Made by a program: the position numbers and the translations under genes. DNA of 60,993 nt from Candidatus Omnitrophota bacterium (GTDB taxonomy: Bacteria; Omnitrophota; Gorgyraeia; B26-G9): assembly GCA_016213925.1 (NCBI GenBank), contig JACQZH010000012.1, forward strand, positions 1 to 60,993, given 5' to 3'. Of the stretch, positions 53,893-60,993 are shown piece by piece (the stretch's first letter is position 1; each line of letters starts with the position of its first letter). The notes below the pieces were generated by a model. That model did not search any database, was not told the origin of the DNA, and saw only the letters and a list, made by a program, of their open reading frames with translations.

Positions 53893-54989
53893 ATTTAAAA
53901 CACCTTGTCAGGCCTTGTGTTTGCTCGATAAAGCCATATGTGCCGGGTAAGCCGATTGAAGAGTTGAAAAGAGAATTAAAGCTAAAAAATGTTTATAAGA
54001 TGGCTTCTAATGAAAATGCGCTCGGCCCTTCGCTGAAAGCTGTTTCTGCGCTTAAAAAATCTTTGCGTGATATCCATTTTTATCCTGATGGAAACTGCTT
54101 TTATCTAAAAAAAGCGTTGGCGAAAAAATATAATCTGAATAATGATAATATTATCGTTGGAAACGGCTCCGATGAACTTATTGTATTAAGTTTGCGGGCT
54201 TTTATCAATAAAGGCGATGAAGTGATTATCGCTGATCCGACATTTCTTGTATATAAATTGGCGGCAACAATTGAGGAGGCTAAGATAATAACCGTGCCTT
54301 TAAAAGCGTTTAGATATGATTTGCCGGCTATGAAGGCTAAGATAAATTCACGCACTAAAATGATTTTTATCGCAAATCCGGATAATCCTACCGGCAGCTA
54401 CGTTACACAGAGCGAAGTGGAAAGTTTTTTTAAAGGATTGCCAGAGCATGTTATAGTATTTTTTGATGAGGCTTATTATGAATATCAGGAAACTAAGGAT
54501 TATCCTGATACTATGAAATATATAGGACATAAAAATATAATCATTAGCCGGAGTTTTTCAAAAGCTTATGGGCTTGGAGGAATGCGTGTCGGATGGGCGG
54601 CGGCGAATAAGGAAATGATTAGCTATCTTAATCAGGTGCGGGAGCCCTTTAATGTTAATCGGCTGGCGCAGGCAGCAGCTGTGGCTGCATTAGAAGATAA
54701 GAAGCATATCTTGAAATCACGCCAGATGGTACGTTGCGGTAAACGTTATTTCTATAATGAATTTAAAAAAATAAGATTATTCTTTGTCCCGAGTGCTGCG
54801 AATTTTGTTTTGGTAAATGTTGGCATGAATAGTACAGTGGTTTATCAAAAATTACTTCAACAAGGTATAATTGTAAGAGATATGACTGATTGGGGGCTTA
54901 AAAACTTTATCCGGGTGACTATAGGAAAACCTAAGGAAAATAAGCTTTTTATTTCGCATTTAAAAAAAATAATTGGAAAACATAAATGA
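53889..54989 (+). CDS. hisC: Histidinol-phosphate/aromatic aminotransferase (class II)
   Basis: IKPYVPGKP, MASNENALGPS and the PLP-lysine context SRSFSKAYGLGGMRVG. ATGA overlap with the pheA stop. Confidence 0.85.
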   Translation: MNLKHLVRPCVCSIKPYVPGKPIEELKRELKLKNVYKMASNENALGPSLKAVSALKKSLRDIHFYPDGNCFYLKKALAKKYNLNNDNIIVGNGSDELIVLSLRAFINKGDEVIIADPTFLVYKLAATIEEAKIITVPLKAFRYDLPAMKAKINSRTKMIFIANPDNPTGSYVTQSEVESFFKGLPEHVIVFFDEAYYEYQETKDYPDTMKYIGHKNIIISRSFSKAYGLGGMRVGWAAANKEMISYLNQVREPFNVNRLAQAAAVAALEDKKHILKSRQMVRCGKRYFYNEFKKIRLFFVPSAANFVLVNVGMNSTVVYQKLLQQGIIVRDMTDWGLKNFIRVTIGKPKENKLFISHLKKIIGKHK

Positions 54990-55061
54990 AGCTAACCCGG
55001 GATAAAGACATGGGTTTTCAGAGCGTTTGGGATAAAATCGTCAAGTAAAGGAGATCTTAAC

Positions 55062-56075
55062 GTGATTATCGTTTTAAAGCCAAAAACAAGTAAAAAAGAA
55101 AAGGAAAAAGTTATAAAAAAAATCCATTCTCTTGGACTTAAAACTATGGTTTCCCAGGGAGTGGAACGTACGATTATCGGTGTGATCGGGGAAGAGGATG
55201 CTTTGCGTGTTCAGCCGCTGGAGGCTTTCCCCGGCGTAGAAAAAGTTATCCCTGTGCTAGCGCCGTATAAACTTGTTTCTCGTGAGTTTAAACCGCAGAA
55301 CAGTGTTGTTAAAGTCAAGAATGTTTCAATCGGCGCCAAACAGATAGTGATTATGGCAGGGCCCTGCGCGATCGAAAATCTGAAAACATTGCGTGCTATA
55401 GCTAAATCCGTTAAAGAAAGCGGGGCAACGGTTTTACGCGGCGGCGCTTTTAAACCAAGAACTTCTCCTTACTCCTTTCAAGGGCTGGGAAAAGAAGGCT
55501 TGAAGATGATGAGGGATGTAGCCGAAGAATATGGGTTGGTAAGTATTACGGAGGTTATAGACCCAAGGGATGTCGATCTTTTGGCCAAGTACGTGGATAT
55601 TTTGCAGGTTGGCGCCCGCAATATGCAAAACTTTAATTTATTAAAAGAATTAGGTAAGATTAAAAAGCCTATTTTACTAAAACGAGGAATGATGTCAACG
55701 ATTAAGGAATTTCTTATGAGTGCGGAGTATATATTAAGCGAAGGAAATTTTAATGTCATTCTTTGTGAACGCGGTATCCGTACTTTTGAAAATTTTACCC
55801 GTAATACATTGGATATAAATGCTGTTCCGGCAATTAAAATGCTTAGCCATTTACCGGTTATCGTAGATCCAAGCCATGCGACAGGCAAATGGGAACTGGT
55901 AACTGCTGTTAGCAAAGCAGCAATTGCTGCCGGAGCCGACGGGCTTATTGTGGAGGTCCATACTCATCCTGAGCAGGCAGCATCTGACGGTGAACAATCA
56001 TTGAAACCGTTGAATTTCAGGAATATGGTAAAAGAAGTTGCCGCAATAGCTAAAGCGTTAAAAAGGAAGGTATAA
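55062..56075 (+). CDS. aroF: 3-deoxy-7-phosphoheptulonate (DAHP) synthase, type I-beta with an N-terminal ferredoxin-like regulatory domain
   Basis: GTG start. About 65-aa N-terminal FL domain, then MAGPCAIEN, KPRTSPYSFQG and VDPSH motifs. Confidence 0.85.
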   Translation: MIIVLKPKTSKKEKEKVIKKIHSLGLKTMVSQGVERTIIGVIGEEDALRVQPLEAFPGVEKVIPVLAPYKLVSREFKPQNSVVKVKNVSIGAKQIVIMAGPCAIENLKTLRAIAKSVKESGATVLRGGAFKPRTSPYSFQGLGKEGLKMMRDVAEEYGLVSITEVIDPRDVDLLAKYVDILQVGARNMQNFNLLKELGKIKKPILLKRGMMSTIKEFLMSAEYILSEGNFNVILCERGIRTFENFTRNTLDINAVPAIKMLSHLPVIVDPSHATGKWELVTAVSKAAIAAGADGLIVEVHTHPEQAASDGEQSLKPLNFRNMVKEVAAIAKALKRKV

Positions 56076-56920
56076 TGAAAAAACATTTTAAAAAAGCAGT
56101 AATTTTCGGTCCCGGATTGATTGGAGGTTCAATAGGCATAAATTTACGGAAAAAAGCTATTGCCGATATAGTAATCGGCGTAGCCAGGCATAAATCAACT
56201 TTGCAAAAAGCAAAAAGTAAAGGTGCGATTGATCAATGGCAGTTTGATGGCGATATGGCGGTTCTTGATGCCGACCTAATAATTCTCGCTACCCCAGTTG
56301 AGACTATAAAGAAATTAATTGTTTCTTTAAGTTCTTTGCTTCAAAATGGCTGTATAATTATTGATGTGGGCTCGACTAAAGCGGAAATAGTACAGTTTGC
56401 AGAAAGAATTTTACCAAAAAGCGTATATTTTGTAGGCACTCATCCTATGGCTGGTTCAGAAAAAGCAGGGGCTGAATTTGCTAATGAAAATTTATTCCTC
56501 AATTCGTTTTGCTTTATAGCAAAGACTAAAAGTACTAATTCCCAGGCTGCCGCCACAGTAAATTATATTTGGAAAATGCTAGGGGCTAAAACGATTGTTA
56601 TCTCTCCTGAACTTCATGATATGATTGCCGCGCAAATAAGCCATCTTCCGCATATGATCAGCGCTCTTCTGGTTGAAAGTATTGAAGAAAAATTCTTACG
56701 ATATGTTTCTACGGGATTCAAAGATACTACCCGCATTGCTTCAGGAGCGCCGGAAATCTGGTCTGATATAGCTTTAAGCAACCGAAAAGCTATACTGCAT
56801 GCGATTGGTATTTTTGAGAAAAAATTAATAAAATTTAAAAGTTATTTAAAAAAGGAAGAGCAGGAATCTTTAGCGCACTGTCTAATGCGAGCTAAAAATA
56901 AGAGGGATAGAATCGGATAA
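56075..56920 (+). CDS. tyrA: Prephenate dehydrogenase
   Basis: Rossmann fold VIFGPGLIGGSIG and GTHPMAGSE motif. 1-nt overlap with the preceding stop. Confidence 0.85.
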   Translation: MKKHFKKAVIFGPGLIGGSIGINLRKKAIADIVIGVARHKSTLQKAKSKGAIDQWQFDGDMAVLDADLIILATPVETIKKLIVSLSSLLQNGCIIIDVGSTKAEIVQFAERILPKSVYFVGTHPMAGSEKAGAEFANENLFLNSFCFIAKTKSTNSQAAATVNYIWKMLGAKTIVISPELHDMIAAQISHLPHMISALLVESIEEKFLRYVSTGFKDTTRIASGAPEIWSDIALSNRKAILHAIGIFEKKLIKFKSYLKKEEQESLAHCLMRAKNKRDRIG

Positions 56921-56921
56921 A

Positions 56922-56955
56922 CCCAAAATTTGCCGCCAGGCAGGCAATTTTTGGG
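56922..56955 (+). terminator. Hairpin after tyrA (weak terminator candidate; no separate U-tract)
   Basis: CCCAAAATTTGCC / GGCAATTTTTGGG, 12 of 13 bp paired, 8-nt loop. Confidence 0.35.
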
Positions 56956-56970
56956 ATAAAAAGGTTAAAT

Positions 56971-57630
56971 ATGATTGTTGCTATTGATGGGCCAGCAGGC
57001 GCGGGAAAAAGTACGGTAGCTAAGTTGCTTGCAGAAAAATTAAGATTTTTGTATATTGATACCGGGGCAATGTATCGAGCGCTGACGTTGAAAGCTATAG
57101 AAACTGGGGTGAGTTTTTCGGATATTAATGGCTTAATTTTACTTGCGCAAAGTACGCAATTAAGACTTGAAAAGGCTAATATAAATTCAGAGACAATTAT
57201 TTTGCTGGATGGCCGTAATGTTTCAGAGGAAATTCGTCTTCCGGAAGTTACGAATTCTGTGTTTCATCTTGCCGGGATTTCCCAGGTAAGAAAGCTTATG
57301 GTTCACTGGCAAAGGGAGTATGGGGTTGGGAACGACATTGTTATGGAAGGTAGGGATATCGGAACCGTTGTTTTCCCCGAAGCGGAAAAAAAGGTTTATT
57401 TAGACGCCTCGGTTAATATTAGGGCTAAGCGGCGTTATGAGGAATTAAAAGTAAAAAATATGGATATCAATATGGATGATCTTATAGTACAGATCAAGGA
57501 TCGTGATTATAAGGATAAATCACGCTTTTGCGGGCCGTTAAAAATGGCCCAGGACGCTTTTTATCTGGATAGTTCCGTATTGTGCATAGAAGAGGTAGTA
57601 AATAGAATTTTCGCATATGTCAAATCGTAA
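56971..57630 (+). CDS. cmk: Cytidylate kinase
   Basis: IAIDGPAGAGKST P-loop and YIDTGAMYR motif. Confidence 0.9.
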   Translation: MIVAIDGPAGAGKSTVAKLLAEKLRFLYIDTGAMYRALTLKAIETGVSFSDINGLILLAQSTQLRLEKANINSETIILLDGRNVSEEIRLPEVTNSVFHLAGISQVRKLMVHWQREYGVGNDIVMEGRDIGTVVFPEAEKKVYLDASVNIRAKRRYEELKVKNMDINMDDLIVQIKDRDYKDKSRFCGPLKMAQDAFYLDSSVLCIEEVVNRIFAYVKS

Positions 57631-58270
57631 AAGAAAAAAGTATTTATTTTACAGGTTGTGCCGGTTTGTTTTATTTTTGCTGCTTAAGGCCTTTTTTTTC
57701 TTCAAGTCTAGCGGAAGGCAGTATTTGCCTAAAAATGGCGGGTGCATTATCGCGTCAAACCATTTAAGCTTTTTGGATCCGATTGTTTTGAGTGTTGCCA
57801 GTACTCGTATTTTAAGCTTTATGTCCAAAGAGGAGTTGTTTAGAAATAAGTTATTTGCCAAGCTGATTACCGCTTTGAATGCGTTTCCTTTGCATAGGGA
57901 GGGAACGGATATAAAAGCTATGCGTAGTGCTATAGATAAGTTAAAAAACGGAGACACGTTGATTATATTCCCGGAAGGGACACGAAGTACCAGCGGGGAG
58001 GTTCAGCAGGGTAAAATCGGGATAAGTATGCTTGCGGCCTGGGCCAATGTCCCTGTAGTGCCTGCTTTTATCGAGGGCACAGATATGGCATTGCCTGCCA
58101 AATCAAAGAAAATAAACTTTTTCTGCAGTATAAAGGTTAGTTTTGGAGAGCCGCTTTTGTTTATGAAAAGCGGGAGTGCGCTATCCTCTAAGGAGCAATA
58201 CCAGATTTTTTCTGACAAAGTGATTTTGGCAATAAAGGAATTGAAAAATAAAAAAGCTTGTAAAGGCTAG
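57617..58270 (+). CDS. plsC: 1-acyl-sn-glycerol-3-phosphate acyltransferase
   Basis: NHLSFLDP (HxxxxD) and FPEGTRS motifs. Confidence 0.85.
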   Translation: MSNRKRKKYLFYRLCRFVLFLLLKAFFFFKSSGRQYLPKNGGCIIASNHLSFLDPIVLSVASTRILSFMSKEELFRNKLFAKLITALNAFPLHREGTDIKAMRSAIDKLKNGDTLIIFPEGTRSTSGEVQQGKIGISMLAAWANVPVVPAFIEGTDMALPAKSKKINFFCSIKVSFGEPLLFMKSGSALSSKEQYQIFSDKVILAIKELKNKKACKG

Positions 58271-58327
58271 TCTTATTTGTTATACTTTTACATCAAAATA
58301 AAAAAGAAAAAGGAGGTTGATTATGTT

Positions 58328-59950
58328 ATGTCACGCAAGAAAAAGAAATTTGCAGTTCTTGATGAGGTAGATCAGCAGCAAGAGGGGGTGTTTGCTCAGG
58401 AGTTAGAAAAGTATTATCGGGAAAATACTACTACTACTACTATTTTAAGCGAAGGTGAAATCATCGAAGGGAAGATAGTAGGTGTTAGCGAAAAAGAGGT
58501 GATGGTAGATATTGGCTACAAGTCCGAAGGTATCCTGGCGATTGATGAATTTGATGACCCTGCCGATATAAAAATCAATGAAAAAATCAATGTTTTCCTT
58601 GAAACCAAAGAAGATGAAAACGGCATGGTGATTGTTTCCAAACGTAAGGCTGATCGTACTCTTGGTTGGGAAAGGATAGTGAACAACTATAAAGAAGGGG
58701 ATACTATTGAAGGTAGAATTTCGCGGAAAGTAAAAGGCGGGTTAATGGTAGACATAGGACTTGATGCTTTTCTCCCTGCTTCTCAAGTATCTCTGCGAGG
58801 GGCGCAGAATATAGACCAGTATGTTGGCAATACGTATAAGTTTATGATTGTAAAGGTGAATAAGCCGAGAAAAAATATTGTATTGTCAAGACGGGAACTT
58901 TTATTTAAAGAAAGAGAAGAAAATAAGGAAAGACTGTTAAAGGAAATCGCTGTCGGCCAGATTCGCAGCGGAATAGTAAAGAACATTGCTGATTTCGGTG
59001 TTTTTATTGATCTTGGCGGAGTTGACGGGCTTTTACATATTACAGATATGAGCTGGGGCAGAATCAGTCATCCTTCCGAGATGGTTGCTATCGGTGATAC
59101 TATAGAAGTAAAGATTCTTGATATTGAAAAAGAAACCATGAAAATATCACTTGGGTTAAAACAGAAGACTGCAAGCCCTTGGTCCGGTATTCAGGCAAAA
59201 TATCCGATAGGAACGAAGTTAAAGGGTAAAGTAGTTAACCTGGTTCCTTATGGCGCTTTTATTGAACTTGAAAAGGGTGTTGAAGGATTGATTCATATAT
59301 CGGAATTTTCATGGACAAGACGCATAAGCCACCCATCAGAAATGCTTGCTATCGGGGATATCGTTGAAGCGGTGGTTTTAAATCTTGATGTTGATAACCA
59401 GAAGATAGCTTTAGGAATAAAACAGACAGAAAATGATCCCTGGCAGGGTATCAGCGCGAAATACCCGGGAGGGACAAAAGTTAAAGGCCGGGTGCGTAAT
59501 TTAACTGATTACGGCGCGTTTGTTGAGCTTGAAGAAGGTATTGACGGGTTAATTCATGTTTCTGATATGTCTTGGACTAAGAAAATAAACAATCCGTCTG
59601 AATTTCTCAAAAAAGGCCAAAAGGTTGAAGTGGTAGTGCTAAGCATAGACGAGGTCAATCATAAGATATCTTTAGGCATAAAACAGCTTATTGATGATCC
59701 ATGGAAAGAAATTGAGCAGCGTTATAGTGTAAATACGGTAATAGAGGGGCCGGTTACAAAAATAACTACTTTTGGAATTTTTGTAGAAATTGAAAAAGAG
59801 CTTGAAGGCCTTATTCATATTACTGAAGTTGAGATTGAGCCGACGCTTAAACTTGAAGAATCGTTTAAGGTAGGAGATAAGGTCAAAGCTAAAGTAATAA
59901 AGATTGACGGTGAACAAAGAAAAATCGGCTTAAGCATGAAGCAAGCATGA
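58328..59950 (+). CDS. rpsA: 30S ribosomal protein S1
   Basis: Six S1 (OB) repeats (e.g. GxV..I..FGAFVEL..G..GLIHIS). ATG 58328 lies downstream of RBS GGAGG. The stop lies inside an 11-nt tandem repeat. Confidence 0.95.
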   Translation: MSRKKKKFAVLDEVDQQQEGVFAQELEKYYRENTTTTTILSEGEIIEGKIVGVSEKEVMVDIGYKSEGILAIDEFDDPADIKINEKINVFLETKEDENGMVIVSKRKADRTLGWERIVNNYKEGDTIEGRISRKVKGGLMVDIGLDAFLPASQVSLRGAQNIDQYVGNTYKFMIVKVNKPRKNIVLSRRELLFKEREENKERLLKEIAVGQIRSGIVKNIADFGVFIDLGGVDGLLHITDMSWGRISHPSEMVAIGDTIEVKILDIEKETMKISLGLKQKTASPWSGIQAKYPIGTKLKGKVVNLVPYGAFIELEKGVEGLIHISEFSWTRRISHPSEMLAIGDIVEAVVLNLDVDNQKIALGIKQTENDPWQGISAKYPGGTKVKGRVRNLTDYGAFVELEEGIDGLIHVSDMSWTKKINNPSEFLKKGQKVEVVVLSIDEVNHKISLGIKQLIDDPWKEIEQRYSVNTVIEGPVTKITTFGIFVEIEKELEGLIHITEVEIEPTLKLEESFKVGDKVKAKVIKIDGEQRKIGLSMKQA

Positions 59951-59998
59951 AGCAAGCATGAAGCAAGCATGAAGCAAGCATGAAGCAAGCATGAAGCA
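59933..59998. repeat. Perfect tandem repeat (AGCATGAAGCA) x6 spanning the rpsA stop codon
   Basis: 66 nt counted directly. The first ~1.6 units encode the last residues SMKQA plus the TGA stop. Confidence 0.95.
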
Positions 59999-60022
59999 GG
60001 TTTAACTGATTTTGGATAATTG

Positions 60023-60054
60023 AAAAAACACAGGCAGTTTGCCTGTGTTTTTTT
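60023..60054. terminator. Bidirectional Rho-independent terminator between convergent genes
   Basis: AAAAAA, then ACACAGGCA gtt TGCCTGTGT, then TTTTTT. Perfect 9-bp stem. Confidence 0.85.
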
Positions 60055-60072
60055 ATTACTTAAAGGGCTTTA

Positions 60073-60606
60073 CTATTTCCGGTCAAAAAAGATATTTTTC
60101 CCGCTGGCTGAAAGTGGAATCGCTACAGCCACGTTTACTTGTTTATTTTTGAAGAGGTTGATATTTATTGCCGCTTTTCCCACGGAATACATGATCCGGT
60201 TGTCTACGTGAAAGTTAGAGGCAATATCAACTGCAGAGCCGACAGCAATGCCTAAATCCATGCAGTTGTAAGCGCATACCCCTTTTGCTTTGCTTAAAGC
60301 TTCACAATCAGCAAAACCGCAAAATCCGCAGTAGGTAAGCCCAATGGGTTCTGTCCTGGTTCCGATAATAACAACTACAGGCGAGTTTTTAATATTAGCC
60401 GCGTCACGCTCAAAATTTGGTTTGTTTTCACTTTTTGCGATGCGCAGCATTTCTTTAATAAGTAGATTTTTTTCTTTTCCTTTTTCTACGATTAACGTCA
60501 AAATATTATCAACGCCCTTTGCTTTTGGCGCAGTACGGGCTGCGGTGGCCATGAATCCGGAAATTTGTTTTAAAGAACTTTTTTCAACATCTTTTGATTT
60601 GCGCAT
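60073..60606 (-). CDS. DUF2148 (COG4739-like) ferredoxin-domain protein
   Basis: AARTAPKAKGVDN, Cys-rich YCGFCGFADC...CAYNC, VDNRIMYSVG and a C-terminal GKNIFFDR, as I recall for this family. The only minus-strand gene in the window. Confidence 0.7.
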   Translation of the reverse strand: MRKSKDVEKSSLKQISGFMATAARTAPKAKGVDNILTLIVEKGKEKNLLIKEMLRIAKSENKPNFERDAANIKNSPVVVIIGTRTEPIGLTYCGFCGFADCEALSKAKGVCAYNCMDLGIAVGSAVDIASNFHVDNRIMYSVGKAAININLFKNKQVNVAVAIPLSASGKNIFFDRK

Positions 60607-60671
60607 AATAGACTCCTTTACTGAATTTTATCATGAAACCGGCTTATGTCAAGCACAGGGAAAAAGGCGAA

Positions 60672-60745
60672 TTGACTCACATAAAATGTTACCGAAAGAA
60701 AATTTCAAAGTATTCGTTGACTCATAAATAATGTTACCCAAAGAA
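60672..60745. repeat. Two 29-nt direct repeats (25 of 29 identical) in the divergent intergenic region upstream of the transposase-like gene
   Basis: TTGACTCACATAAAATGTTACCGAAAGAA (60672-60700) and TTGACTCATAAATAATGTTACCCAAAGAA (60717-60745). Confidence 0.6.
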
Positions 60746-60770
60746 GAACCCCTGAAAGGGGGTTATTATC

Positions 60771-60993
60771 ATGACAATAGGAGCGAAAATGGAATATCTT
60801 AACATTATTTTCTTACGGTATAAAAAAGCGAATCGTAAACAAAAAAGCGTTATTCTTAATGAATTCTGCGAAAATTGCGGATATCATCGCAAACATGCTA
60901 TTCGCGTACTCATAACATTTAAGCGTTTTGCCAAGCCTAAGCTTAAAAAACGAGGCAAACCTTCAATGTATAACACCCCTGCGCTTATCCTGC
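60771..60993 (+). mobile_element. 5' part of a transposase/integrase-like gene (N-terminal HTH region); runs off the window
   Basis: Open frame MTIGAKMEYLNIIFLRYKKANRKQKSVILNEFCENCGYHRKHAIRVL...KKRGKP. This resembles the N-termini of DDE transposases of IS481/ISNCY-like elements as I recall them. No stop before the window end. Confidence 0.45.

Noticed and set aside
54990-55061. An aromatic amino-acid attenuator leader peptide (MGFQSVWDKIVK) upstream of the DAHP synthase gene.
   Set aside because: It contains only single Phe and Trp codons, with no tandem regulatory codons and no terminator/antiterminator pair. A repeated GGGATAAA motif is present here and at 56953, but it is too short to interpret.
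1-60993. tRNA, rRNA, tmRNA, RNase P or SRP RNA genes.
   Set aside because: I saw no T-loop (GGTTCRANYC) in a cloverleaf context and no conserved cores of the other RNAs by eye in the few intergenic regions longer than 100 nt. This is not a substitute for tRNAscan-SE or an Infernal run.

Overview
AT-rich bacterial chromosomal segment. The taxon cannot be determined from sequence alone; the gene content suggests an uncultivated, streamlined lineage. All but one of the roughly 60 genes I call read on the + strand. From left to right:

- **1-22.7 kb, housekeeping genes:** leuS 3' end, comEA-comEC, gmhB, leuC/leuD/leuB, asd, truA, aroA, the mreBCD-mrdA-rodA elongasome, a PAS histidine kinase and a radical-SAM protein.
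- **22.9-46.7 kb, one contiguous type IV pilus (T4P) supercluster:** pilT, a receiver protein, pilT, a stand-alone MshEN/T2SSE_N protein, pilB, pilB, pilC, a c-di-GMP-I riboswitch, minor pilins, pilS-pilR, a sigma-54 promoter, three tandem pilA paralogues, a GGDEF cyclase, a pilM-pilN fusion, pilO, pilP and pilQ.
- **46.8-60 kb:** rimP-nusA-infB, trpS, scpAB, an aromatic amino-acid block (pheA-hisC-DAHP synthase-tyrA), cmk, plsC and rpsA.
- **60-61 kb:** one minus-strand DUF2148 gene and the start of a transposase-like gene at the window edge.

Features not explained by the genes:
- a GEMM-I riboswitch whose terminator mimics an aptamer strand;
- two heptanucleotide tandem arrays sharing an AAACC core, one of which is (CCCTAAA)11, the complement of the plant telomere repeat, lying between pilR and the pilA sigma-54 promoter;
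- an 11-nt x6 repeat across the rpsA stop codon;
- an A16 run at the junction of two ORFs that look like one large pilus protein;
- apparent deletion or frameshift scars in mrdA, asd and pheA, plus a binding-protein gene relic.

I recognised no rRNA gene, tRNA gene or CRISPR array.
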